Shown in pieces: positions 55,581-64,000 of a stretch of 64,000 bases of DNA; within the stretch, counting starts at the first letter, position 1; each line of letters opens with the position of its first letter. The notes beneath the pieces are model-generated. The model did no database searches, was not told the DNA's origin, and saw only the letters and a list, made by a program, of their open reading frames with translations. The DNA is taken from NCBI GenBank assembly GCA_963829705.1, contig CAWHJN010000003.1, forward strand, positions 381,828 through 445,827, given 5' to 3'. Made by a program: the position numbers and the translations under genes. The DNA comes from Rhodothermales bacterium (GTDB lineage Bacteria > Bacteroidota > Rhodothermia > Rhodothermales > BA12).

Positions 55581-56197
55581 AGTTCTGAGGCAGCGTCTGG
55601 ATGAAATCGTCGACGAGGGCGCGCTGGGCCTGGGCGTCGAGGTTTTTCTGGATGATCTTCTCCGCTGCCGCCACGGCGAGGTCGGCGACTTCGGAGCGCA
55701 GCTCTTCGATGGCTCCCTGCTTCTGCCGCTCGATGTCGGCCTGGGCCTGCGCCTGAAGCTGGGCGATCTGCGCGCGCGTCTTCTCGATGTCGTCGGCGCG
55801 GATTTTTTCGGCGGCCTCGCGGGCGTCGCGCAACACGCGCTGCGCCTCCGCCTCCGACTCGCGGCGGGCGCGGTCGTTGTCGGCCTGGATGCGCGCGGCT
55901 TCAGCAAGCGCGGCCTCGGCGCGTTGCAGCGAAGAGCTGATGTTGGTTTCACGCGCTTCCATCGCTTGCGCGATGGGCTTCCACGCGAACTTGGCCAGCA
56001 GCAGCGCCACGATGATGAAGACTGACGAGCGTGAAGATGGGCAAGCCCAGGCCGGGCTGCAACAGCGACGGCGTCGGCTTGGCCGGGTGCTCGGTACCGG
56101 CCTGTACCTCGGCTCCCTCAGCGGGGTTTTCGGCGACGCTTTGCAGGGCCGGATCCGCCTCCGCGTGCTGCGGAAAACGATAGAGGAGTGCAGACAT
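55579..56197 (-). CDS. atpF: ATP synthase F0 subunit b. The reading frame is broken by an apparent 1-nt indel near 56025.
   Basis: The C-terminal 143 aa (..ALLLAKFAWKPIAQAMEARE...) are in one frame. The transmembrane start (..SLLQPGLGLPIFTLV) is in another frame just upstream. The true start may be an internal TTG near 56078 rather than the ATG at 56197. Confidence 0.6.
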
Positions 56198-56273
56198 GGC
56201 AGAGAGAAAAAGAGAGGGCCGCCCGCCCGCGCTCAAGGCGGCGAGCGGGCGGCACAGGTCTACCGCGTCACGC

Positions 56274-56507
56274 TTAACGGGCGACGAAGAAGAATACGAG
56301 GGCGAACACTTCGGCGATGATCGCGACGCCTTCGATAAAGGCGGCGAGGATGATGGCCGTGCCGCGCACGTCGTTGGCCGCTTCGGGCTGGCGCGCGATG
56401 CCGTCGAGGGCGGCGGAGGCGAGTTTGCCGATGCCGAGTCCAGCGCCGAGGGTAGCACCGAGGAGGCCGATACCGGCGGCGAGGTAAGCAAGAGCGAGGT
56501 TCGTCAT
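56274..56507 (-). CDS. atpE: ATP synthase F0 subunit c
   Basis: 77-aa hairpin proteolipid with a conserved Glu in helix 2 (AFIEGVAI). Confidence 0.9.
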   Translation of the reverse strand: MTNLALAYLAAGIGLLGATLGAGLGIGKLASAALDGIARQPEAANDVRGTAIILAAFIEGVAIIAEVFALVFFFVAR

Positions 56508-56589
56508 CTCAAAAGGGAGTGGTTAGGAGAGGTTGAGCGAGTAAAAATGCCCGAAATGGGCGGTGGTACGAGGGAAAATCTTGAGGCCG

Positions 56590-57828
56590 TCAGGCCAGCG
56601 CGGGCTGGCTCGGCGTGGGCGAGAGGTAGTCGCCGAGGTGGTGTTCGCCCTGCGGGAGTTCGTCGCCGCCGTGCGGCACGCGGTTGTGAATGCCGCCGAC
56701 GTGCTCCTCCTCATGGTGATGTTCGTGCTCCTCGGCGGCCATGCCGATGAACACCGCCGAGAGAATGGTGAAGATGTACGCCTGCACAAAACACACCATC
56801 AGCTTGAGGCCGAAGATGAAGATCGTCAAGGGAATGCTCACGAAGATCATCCCGATGCCGACACCCGTGCCGAGCTGCGCGGCGAAGATGAAGATGAGCC
56901 CGAGGATGCTCACGATGACGAGGTGGCCCGACACCATGTTGCCGAACAGACGGAAGGCAAGCGCGAGCGGCTTGGTGAACAGCCCGATGACCTCGACGGG
57001 GATCAGGATGAATTTGATCGGCACGGGCACGTTGGGCGGCCAGAAGATGTGCCGCCAGTAGTCCTTGGTGCCCGCGAACTGCGTCACCGCGAACGTGCAG
57101 AACGCCATCGTGGCCGTCACCATGATGCTCGACGTGGCCGTCACGCCCCACGGCACGAGCCCGAAGAGGTTGCCGATGAGGATGAAGAAAAACGCCGACA
57201 GCAGGTACGGCAGGTACTTTTTGTACTTCTTGCCGATGGCCGGCTTGGCCACGTCGTCGCGGATGAAGACGATGATCGTCTCCATCATATTCTGCCAGAC
57301 GCCCTTCGGCGCCACGTCGCGCCCGATGCCCTTACGGTACTTCGCGCCCAGCCGCAGCCCAATGATGAGCAGCACGATGGCCGAGATGAAGACGAATAAC
57401 AGCTGCCGCGTGATCGAGAAATCCACCACGATGTGCCCGCCCGGCTGGGCGTAGACGACGGGGAAGTACAGATGCTGGTGGTTTGCGAGCGCCCATTCCA
57501 CCTGCTCCGTCACGAGCGACGCCGTAGATGCCTCGGCGGTGTTGGTACCCTCGACGGCCGTGCCGAAGTCGAGCGTGTAGCGCGGGTCTTCGAGCGCGCT
57601 GTGGGTCGTCAGGAAGGCATCGAAGCCGTACGAACCATCGGGCCGCTGCACGAGAAACAGGCGCGGCAACTCCACTTTGGGGCCGGGCGACAGGTCCCAG
57701 TAGTACCCGTCCGCCGAGTGGCCGATGGCGTCGGGGTCGCCGCCCTCACTGTCGGCGGCGAACGCGGGCAGCGCGGGCGCGCAGGCACCGATCAGAAGGA
57801 TCAACGCGAGAAGCCGTCTGGCGATCAT
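56590..57828 (-). CDS. atpB: ATP synthase F0 subunit a, with a long N-terminal signal/periplasmic extension and a His/Glu-rich C-terminal tail
   Basis: Conserved a-subunit core (..LAFRLFGNMVSGH..). N-terminal signal peptide MIARRLLALILLIGACAPALPAFAA. Tail AAEEHEHHHEEEHVGGIHNRVPHGGDE. Confidence 0.85.
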   Translation of the reverse strand: MIARRLLALILLIGACAPALPAFAADSEGGDPDAIGHSADGYYWDLSPGPKVELPRLFLVQRPDGSYGFDAFLTTHSALEDPRYTLDFGTAVEGTNTAEASTASLVTEQVEWALANHQHLYFPVVYAQPGGHIVVDFSITRQLLFVFISAIVLLIIGLRLGAKYRKGIGRDVAPKGVWQNMMETIIVFIRDDVAKPAIGKKYKKYLPYLLSAFFFILIGNLFGLVPWGVTATSSIMVTATMAFCTFAVTQFAGTKDYWRHIFWPPNVPVPIKFILIPVEVIGLFTKPLALAFRLFGNMVSGHLVIVSILGLIFIFAAQLGTGVGIGMIFVSIPLTIFIFGLKLMVCFVQAYIFTILSAVFIGMAAEEHEHHHEEEHVGGIHNRVPHGGDELPQGEHHLGDYLSPTPSQPALA

Positions 57829-57861
57829 AGCGTCCGTTGAAACAGGAGAGGGCAAAAAAAA

Positions 57862-58161
57862 TCAGGCGGCGTCGGCGCGTACACGGCGGAGCGCGAAAGC
57901 GGTCTCCGCAACCAGCACGATCAGCACCGACACGCCCAGCGCGATGGCAAAAGGAAATGGCTCGATGGGCGCGAACAGCAGCACGAGCGTCGTCAGCACG
58001 AGCACCAGCACCAGCCGCCCCAGCATCCCGCCGACGAACGTGGCCGCAAACCGCTGGCCGGTCTGCTTGAACGCGATCTTCAACGAGAGAAACGCCACTA
58101 GGCCGTATGCCATTCCGACGCCGACCCCGACCGCAACGCTCAACCAGAACGGACTCGTCAT
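57862..58161 (-). CDS. AtpI-like small membrane protein of the atp operon
   Basis: 99 aa, hydrophobic throughout, immediately upstream of atpB. Confidence 0.5.
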   Translation of the reverse strand: MTSPFWLSVAVGVGVGMAYGLVAFLSLKIAFKQTGQRFAATFVGGMLGRLVLVLVLTTLVLLFAPIEPFPFAIALGVSVLIVLVAETAFALRRVRADAA

Positions 58162-58290
58162 AGCAGGCGGGAGGACACGGGTGGCGAAGGGAAAAGCGGG
58201 CGCGGCCCGGCAGGTTGAACCGGGACGAAAGGTACGCCGGAGCCTCCTCGCCAACCCCCTCTGAGGGGGTGAATTAAGGGTGAACGGGCG

Positions 58291-58578
58291 TTATGGGCCG
58301 TTTTCGCCCTCTCGCACAGTCGGCTTCACACCAGCTTTGCGACGCGGCGCGCGGCTCATCTCGGCATTGACGCGGAAGAGCAGGGCAAAGACGCTCGCGA
58401 TGCCCACGAGCGCGCCCACGACGGTCAGCCACGGCATCGTTTCCAGCCACAAGTCCAGCCCCACGCCCCCACCGACGAACATCACCAGCGTGCCGGCGAT
58501 CTGCCAGCCCAGGCCCGCGTAGCTGCTCGACGTGCGGACGCTGCTCAACCAGTGTTCGTCCTCGGGGCTTTCGGACAT
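58291..58578 (-). CDS. AtpZ-like small membrane protein, possible first gene of the atp operon
   Basis: 95 aa with two transmembrane helices, directly upstream of the AtpI-like gene. Start at MSESPEDEHW. Confidence 0.45.
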   Translation of the reverse strand: MSESPEDEHWLSSVRTSSSYAGLGWQIAGTLVMFVGGGVGLDLWLETMPWLTVVGALVGIASVFALLFRVNAEMSRAPRRKAGVKPTVREGENGP

Positions 58579-58583
58579 CGCGG

Positions 58584-59024
58584 CTACTCGTCGTCCTCGT
58601 CGTTGGCCAGCGGCACGGGGCGCAGGTCGTTCGAGGAAACGGGCGCGAGGTTTCCCATCTGGCACTCGCCGTTGAAGACAGCCCCTTCCTCGATCACCAG
58701 CCGCCCCGTCCGCAGCGTTGCCTCGACGCGGGCGGTGCCTTTGAGCACGAGGCGTTCTTCCACATCCGCCATGCCGTGGATCTGCCCGGCGATGTCTGCC
58801 GACGAAGCCGACAGGTCGCCTTCGATGACGCCTTCCTGCGACACGATGGCCTTGCCGCGCACGAAGAGCTTGCCAACGAGCCGCCCGCTGATGCGGATAT
58901 CGCCCTCCGACCGAATGGTGCCTTCGATCACCGTGCCTTCGCCGATCATGTTGAGCTGGGCGGGAGTGCCTCCGGGAGAAGGCCGTGCCGCGCGCGTGTC
59001 TGTGTCCTGTCCGAAGAGTGCCAT
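58584..59024 (-). CDS. Bactofilin (CcmA-like polymer-forming cytoskeletal protein)
   Basis: DUF583 beta-helix repeats (GTVIEGTIRSEGDIRISGRLVGKL..GKAIVSQEGVIEGDL). Confidence 0.8.
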   Translation of the reverse strand: MALFGQDTDTRAARPSPGGTPAQLNMIGEGTVIEGTIRSEGDIRISGRLVGKLFVRGKAIVSQEGVIEGDLSASSADIAGQIHGMADVEERLVLKGTARVEATLRTGRLVIEEGAVFNGECQMGNLAPVSSNDLRPVPLANDEDDE

Positions 59025-59097
59025 GGGTTCGCAGACGGTAGGGGGAAGTATGGAAAAGAAGGTAGCGCGTGGCGTCCCTCCATGCTACCCCACGCGC

Positions 59098-59970
59098 TCA
59101 CCATCCCACGACAAACGCACGCGGATCCTGCGGAAGGCCATCGCGCCAGAGTTCGAAGTGCAGGTGCGGTCCGGTCGAGATTTCGCCCGTGTTGCCGCTC
59201 ACGGCCACGGCGTCGCGCGCACGCACCCGTTCGCCGAGGCGATGCAGCAGCTTCTCGTTGTGTTTGTAGACGGACACGTAGCCATCGGCGTGCTGCACGG
59301 CCAGTGTGTTGCCCCCCTCGTACGTCCAGTCGGCAAAGATGACGAAGCCGTCGCCGACGGAACGCACCACTGACCCGACGCCTGTAGCAATGTCCACTCC
59401 GAGATGACCAGTGCGGCCGTCGAACTCGCGGGTGACGAAGCCCTGCACGGGCGCGGGCGCGGGTAGCGGCAGCCCGCCTGCCTCGCCGACGGCCAGGCGC
59501 CGCGCGGGCGCACCCGACCAGACCGCCGCCACGGCCGTTGCCTCGCGCGAACGCGCTGCGGGGCGTGGGGCAGCGCGAGGTACCTCCCGGTCGCCTGCCT
59601 CGGCCTCCACGACGGGCGTTGCCGCTTCTCCTACTGGCCGCTCGCTCGAGAGCAAGCGGCGAAACCGGTCGATGTATTCCTGCTGCAGCCTCAGCGAGTC
59701 TTCCAACGCCAGCAGCCGCTCTGCCTGTCCACGTACCGCCTCAGGATCTCCCTGCGCTCCAGATCCAAATACCACACGGCGCACTGGAGGCGTCAACGCC
59801 ACCAGACCTCCCAGCAGCATCAGCGCCGCGCCCAGGGACAGGCCAGCCCCCAATAGGCGCCGAGGCTCTACCGTGTGCTGCTGCGGCGGGCCCGTGTGCT
59901 CGCGGTCCACCACCACTACCGTCAGGGGCTCACGCGACAGGGTGAGGAATTGGGAGAGGAAAGACCACAT
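59098..59970 (-). CDS. M23-family (LytM-like) peptidoglycan peptidase, membrane-anchored
   Basis: HLGVDIA....V.....G.V......GN.....H.DGYVSVYKH........G........GNTG.STGPHLHFE. Confidence 0.85.
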   Translation of the reverse strand: MWSFLSQFLTLSREPLTVVVVDREHTGPPQQHTVEPRRLLGAGLSLGAALMLLGGLVALTPPVRRVVFGSGAQGDPEAVRGQAERLLALEDSLRLQQEYIDRFRRLLSSERPVGEAATPVVEAEAGDREVPRAAPRPAARSREATAVAAVWSGAPARRLAVGEAGGLPLPAPAPVQGFVTREFDGRTGHLGVDIATGVGSVVRSVGDGFVIFADWTYEGGNTLAVQHADGYVSVYKHNEKLLHRLGERVRARDAVAVSGNTGEISTGPHLHFELWRDGLPQDPRAFVVGW

Positions 59971-60147
59971 TGCGCATTGTAACAGAAACCGCTCGAAACG
60001 TGGCCCCGGAGAGGGCTGTTCCAGCGCCTCCCACGTGCTTTCGGTGTGAAGCCTGCGGCTCCGCGTTGACGCGCGCCGAGGTGCCGCCCTACTTTGCGCG
60101 GCTCATCAGCATCGTCCGACAGTTTTCTTCAGCTTTACCGTATAGCC

Positions 60148-60399
60148 ATGCCACAGCACAAGTCCGCCGAGAAGCGGGTTCGCCAGGCCGAAAAGCGCCG
60201 CGCGCGCAACCGCATCCACCGCAGCCGGATGCGTACCATGATCAAGAAGCTCCAGACGGAGACGGACCGCGAGCAGGCCACGCAGCTTCTCAACGACGTC
60301 AAGGCCTACCTGGATCGCCTCGCCACAAAGGGGATCATCCACCCCAACAAGGCGGCCAACTATAAAAGTGCACTCGAAAAAGGCGTGGCCGCGGCATAA
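60148..60399 (+). CDS. rpsT: 30S ribosomal protein S20
   Basis: MPQHKSAEKRVRQAEKRRARN... Confidence 0.9.
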   Translation: MPQHKSAEKRVRQAEKRRARNRIHRSRMRTMIKKLQTETDREQATQLLNDVKAYLDRLATKGIIHPNKAANYKSALEKGVAAA

Positions 60400-60427
60400 C
60401 CGCCCCCCACCCCCGCATCTGCACGGC

Positions 60428-60460
60428 GAGCCGGTCCTCCTCGGACGGCTCGCTTTTTTT
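60428..60460 (+). terminator. Rho-independent terminator after rpsT
   Basis: gagccggtcctcctcggacggctcg + ttttttt. Confidence 0.7.
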
Positions 60461-60874
60461 GTCAGCCTGTGCGCGGACACGCTTCCAGATCGTATAGTTA
60501 CGTTGAACTTGCCGACAGCACCCAATGAAGATACAGGAAGGTAGCATTTCGCTAAGTCCTTCATTTCCAAAGCGTGCGAAACATCCATATCGGCTCACAG
60601 CACTGGATATCCTCTATCCGATCCAACAGCCACGGATAAAGGGCTTGACATTCAACACGGTAAACTCCGAAAATTGCGGTGGCATCGTGCCCCGATGCAT
60701 ATGCGCGGATAGTACCCAAAGCATGGGTTCAGAATCTGGCTAAACAGCCATTGAGAGGGTCGTAACACGATTCTCTTAAACCTTTTTCAGCCCTCGGGTT
60801 AGCTTTCGCTACCTGAGTACCTAATTCACCCGAGTTCAACTCACCTTTTCCCCTTGAACCCCACGGAGGCAATA

Positions 60875-62422
60875 ATGACCCTCAAACTACTTCGAACCTC
60901 GGTTCTGCTCGCGATGGCTGCCCTCTTCATGGTCGGCCAGTCGTTCGCGCAGAATCCCCGTCCCGGCAAGACGCTCTACATCATGCCGCGCGTCGGTTTC
61001 TCCAACTACATCGGCGACTTTGACCAAGGCGTCTTCGATTTTGACGAGTGGAGCGTCGACGGCAAGATCCCGTACGCTGCCGCATTGGAACTGGGTTACC
61101 AGTTCACGCCCAACTTCGCGTTCGCGCTGGGCTACAACATCTCGGATTACCCGATGCTGGCTAACCAGCCTGTGACGGCCTTTCCAGGCGCGGGCAACTA
61201 CACAGGCGACTACTCGCGCCGCCACATGGCGACGGCACTGTTCCGCCTGACGGCCAAGTCCAAGATCGCGCCGTACCTCGAAATCGGTGGTGCGGGCATC
61301 GCAGGCCTGTCAGATCCTGCGGGTGACGAAGTCTACGCCTTTGGCCCGCTCGGCGGCATCGGTCTCGACATCGTGCTCAACGACCGCACCTCGCTGCTCA
61401 TCGGCGGCCAGGGCGTGCTCACGTTCCCCGACGAGAAGGTGGACGGTGCCGGTAACAACGGCTACATCCGCGACAACACCGGTGCACTGGTCAACCGTCA
61501 GGGCGAGTTCGACATTCTGAGCAACCTGACCTTCGGCCTGAAGATCAACTTCAAGTCGGCCTTCACACCTGTTGACGTGCTGGCCATCAACGGCCCCGCA
61601 GCGCTGGAGACGGGCGCGAGCGGTACCTTCGAGGCTACCGTAGCCGAAGGCGCGACGATGCCGGTGGAGTACCGCTGGGACTTCGGTGACGGCGAGATGG
61701 GCACGGGCCTCGTGGCCAGCCACAGCTACGGCCGCGCCGGTACCTACACGGTCACCTTCACCGCTTCCAACAGCGGCAGCATGGACAGCGAGTCGATGAC
61801 GGTCGTCGTCACCAACCCGCCGGTCGCCGCCGCCATCGTGTCGATCAACGCGACGCCGAACCCGGCGATGGTGGGTGATCAGGTGCGCTTCTCCTCGAAC
61901 GTCCGTGGCGACACGCCGCTGACCTACTCGTGGAACTTCGGTGACGGCTCGACGGGCACGGGTGCCAACCCGACCCACGCTTACGCCGCACCGGGCAGCT
62001 ACACCGCCACGCTGACCGTCCAGAACAACGTCGGCAGCGACACGCGCTCGGTGACCGTCACGGTCAACGAACCCGTGGATGCGTGTGCAGACATCACCGA
62101 GCTCAACTCGGCCTTCTTCGCCCGCAACTCGAGCGTCCTCAGCGACGAGGCCAAGGCGCAGCTGATGGAGAACATCGAAGTGCTCCGCGACTGCCCCGAA
62201 CTGCGCGTCCGCATTGAGGGCTTCGCTGCCCCGGGCGAGCGCAACCCGCAGCGCCTGTCGGAAGACCGCGCCCGTGCCGTGATGGAGTTCTACACGGCCA
62301 ACGGCATCTCGGCCAATAACCTGATGATGGAAGGCCGTGGCCGCGTCGGCGAGACGACGAGCAAGAAGGACGACACGAGCCAGTTCCGCCGCGTGGACTC
62401 GATCCCCGTGCATGACATGTAA
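60875..62422 (+). CDS. Outer-membrane protein: N-terminal beta-barrel, two PKD domains, C-terminal OmpA peptidoglycan-binding domain
   Basis: Signal peptide. Porin-like beta-strand alternation. Two WDFGDG / WNFGDG...THxY PKD repeats. OmpA_C (..NSAFFARNSSVLSDEAKAQL......RVRIEGFAAPGE...LSEDRARAV). GGAGG lies 7 nt upstream of the ATG. Confidence 0.8.
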   Translation: MTLKLLRTSVLLAMAALFMVGQSFAQNPRPGKTLYIMPRVGFSNYIGDFDQGVFDFDEWSVDGKIPYAAALELGYQFTPNFAFALGYNISDYPMLANQPVTAFPGAGNYTGDYSRRHMATALFRLTAKSKIAPYLEIGGAGIAGLSDPAGDEVYAFGPLGGIGLDIVLNDRTSLLIGGQGVLTFPDEKVDGAGNNGYIRDNTGALVNRQGEFDILSNLTFGLKINFKSAFTPVDVLAINGPAALETGASGTFEATVAEGATMPVEYRWDFGDGEMGTGLVASHSYGRAGTYTVTFTASNSGSMDSESMTVVVTNPPVAAAIVSINATPNPAMVGDQVRFSSNVRGDTPLTYSWNFGDGSTGTGANPTHAYAAPGSYTATLTVQNNVGSDTRSVTVTVNEPVDACADITELNSAFFARNSSVLSDEAKAQLMENIEVLRDCPELRVRIEGFAAPGERNPQRLSEDRARAVMEFYTANGISANNLMMEGRGRVGETTSKKDDTSQFRRVDSIPVHDM

Positions 62423-62452
62423 GGCTCACGTCTGATTTCTCAGACCGCGAGA

Positions 62453-62487
62453 GGGCGGGCTTGCCAATGGGCAGGCCCGCCCTTTTG
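62453..62487 (+). terminator. Rho-independent terminator after the OmpA/PKD gene
   Basis: gggcgggcttgccaatgggcaggcccgccc + tttt. Confidence 0.7.
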
Positions 62488-62551
62488 GTTTGTTGAGTTG
62501 GTGGGCTTTTGCTTCCAGCAACCCCGCGCGTGCAGCGTGCGTACCTGCTCC

Positions 62552-63532
62552 ATGCCTCTTTTCGACGATGCAGCCCGGGAGCGCCTCACGCACGCGCTCA
62601 AAGCCGAAGCTCGCCGCCTCGGCTTCGATGCCTGCGGTGTGTCGGAGGCTCTCCGGCTCGACGACGAGGCGCGCCGTCTCGAACGGTGGCTCCTCGAAGA
62701 CCGGCACGCCACGATGGGGTGGATGGCCAACCACTTCGAGAAGCGCGTAGACCCGCGCCGACTCGTCGAGGGCGCGCGCTCCGTCGTGTCGCTGCTGTGC
62801 TCGTATTACCAGCCACGCCCACAGCCCAATGATCCTCATGCGGGCCGCATCAGCCGGTACGCTTGGGGCGACGATTACCACGAGGTGCTCAGGGAAAAGC
62901 TCTACCTGCTCTTCGAGTGGCTCGACGCGCAGACCGGCGGCGTGGGGGGGCGCGTGTTCACGGATTCCGCCCCTGTGCTCGACAAGGCGTGGGCCGTCAG
63001 GAGCGGGCTGGGCTGGCAGGGCAAGCACTCGAACCTCATCAACCGATCGATGGGCTCGTATTTCTTCATCGCCGAGATGATCGTGGACGTGCCGCTCACG
63101 CCGGATGCAGGGCCCGTGCCCGACTACTGCGGCTCATGCACGCGCTGCATCGACGCCTGCCCGACGGATGCCATCTACCAGCCCTATGCCGTCGATGCGA
63201 ACCGTTGCATCTCGTACCTGACCATCGAGAATCGCGAGGCCACGATCCCCGACGCGCTCGCGCCGCTGGTGGGCAACTGGATCTTCGGCTGCGACATCTG
63301 CCAGGATGTGTGCCCGTGGAATAAGTTCAAGAAGCCCACCACCGAGTTGCGCTTTGCCCCGCGCGACGGCGTGCCAGACACCGACCTCGACACGTGGGCC
63401 GAACTCGACCTCGACGCCTTCCGCGAGGTCTTTCGCAAGAGCCCCGTCAAACGCGCCAAGCTCGAAGGCTTCCTCCGTAACGTACGCGTGGCGCAGGCCA
63501 ACGCGCGGCGGTCAGGCGTGGACGGCAGGTAG
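62552..63532 (+). CDS. queG: Epoxyqueuosine reductase
   Basis: CGSCTRCIDACPT and CDICQDVCPWN 4Fe-4S motifs and QueG N-terminal homology. Confidence 0.85.
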   Translation: MPLFDDAARERLTHALKAEARRLGFDACGVSEALRLDDEARRLERWLLEDRHATMGWMANHFEKRVDPRRLVEGARSVVSLLCSYYQPRPQPNDPHAGRISRYAWGDDYHEVLREKLYLLFEWLDAQTGGVGGRVFTDSAPVLDKAWAVRSGLGWQGKHSNLINRSMGSYFFIAEMIVDVPLTPDAGPVPDYCGSCTRCIDACPTDAIYQPYAVDANRCISYLTIENREATIPDALAPLVGNWIFGCDICQDVCPWNKFKKPTTELRFAPRDGVPDTDLDTWAELDLDAFREVFRKSPVKRAKLEGFLRNVRVAQANARRSGVDGR

Positions 63533-64000
63533 CGACACGCGGAACGTAGTGCCACCGCCCTTGCGGCTCGCCACGGCGATGCGGCCGCCGAGCAGATCCA
63601 CGAGCCGCTTGACGAGCGAGAGGCCCAGCCCGATGCCGTCGAAATCCCGGTTGAGGCGCTGATCTTCCTGGAGAAACGGCGTGAACAGCCTCTCCTGAAA
63701 CGCCTCGCTCATGCCCACGCCGCTGTCGAGCACTTCGATGTCGACCGATTCCTCCTCTTTCCGCGTCCGCAGCGTCACACGGCCTTCGGAGGTGAATTTG
63801 ACGGCGTTCGAGAGCAGGTTGTCGACGATCTGCCGGAGCCGCTGCCCGTCGGCGTCGACGCGCGGGTTGGCAGAGTCGAGGTCGAGGTGCAGCGCCACGC
63901 CCTTCTCGGACAGCACAGGCGCGTAGCGGCTGGCGACTTCGGTGACGAGGTCGTTGACGACGATCTCGGCGTGCTCCACACGCACGCCTCCTGCCTCCAG
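63512..64000 (-). CDS. Sensor histidine kinase, C-terminal HATPase_c part. The gene continues past the window end.
   Basis: N, G1 and G2 boxes (..QIVDNLLSNAVKF.., DSGVGM, GIGLGL). Confidence 0.75.
   Translation of the reverse strand: MEAGGVRVEHAEIVVNDLVTEVASRYAPVLSEKGVALHLDLDSANPRVDADGQRLRQIVDNLLSNAVKFTSEGRVTLRTRKEEESVDIEVLDSGVGMSEAFQERLFTPFLQEDQRLNRDFDGIGLGLSLVKRLVDLLGGRIAVASRKGGGTTFRVSLPAVHA

Noticed and set aside
60525-60743. 72-aa ORF in the lower-GC leader upstream of the OmpA/PKD gene
   Set aside because: Unconvincing composition and codon use, and no homology. More likely non-coding leader or regulatory sequence.

Overview
High-GC (about 65-68%) bacterial chromosomal window. Three things make it look like a Bacteroidota/Rhodothermaeota-type genome: giant secreted proteins end in type IX secretion (T9SS) C-terminal sorting domains; the ATP synthase genes are split into atpD-atpC and a separate atpIBEFHAG cluster; and folP sits next to cdaA. 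The window is mostly housekeeping plus several accessory modules. (1) Two tandem paralogous giant cell-surface proteins (one partial at the window start, one of 3617 aa) built from FN3-like repeats, an FG-GAP beta-propeller, LamG lectin domains, an unassigned conserved core and a T9SS C-terminal domain. (2) Two NfeD(YqiJ)-flotillin membrane-microdomain operons. (3) An orphan tandem pair of EutN/CcmL-family microcompartment vertex (BMC-P) genes with no shell-hexamer genes in the window. (4) A cluster of three PRC-barrel/DUF2382 general-stress proteins. (5) A lipoprotein with a cholesterol-dependent-cytolysin-like domain, divergent from an ECF sigma factor and Ser/Thr kinase pair. (6) An Lrp regulator divergent from a methionine gamma-lyase-like gene. 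(7) A bactofilin with an M23 peptidase. (8) A beta-lactamase-like pseudogene beside a PadR regulator. There is also one tRNA-Ser(GCU), several stem-loop terminators, and a family of GGAGGTTGGAG-type intergenic palindromes. Two compositional anomalies stand out: a lower-GC island (28.83-29.56 kb) and a lower-GC leader at 60.46-60.87 kb. At least seven genes, including the essential atpF, need frameshifts to be read through. That argues for indel errors in this GC-rich sequence rather than widespread pseudogenisation. No CRISPR array or obvious insertion-sequence (IS)/transposase gene was seen.
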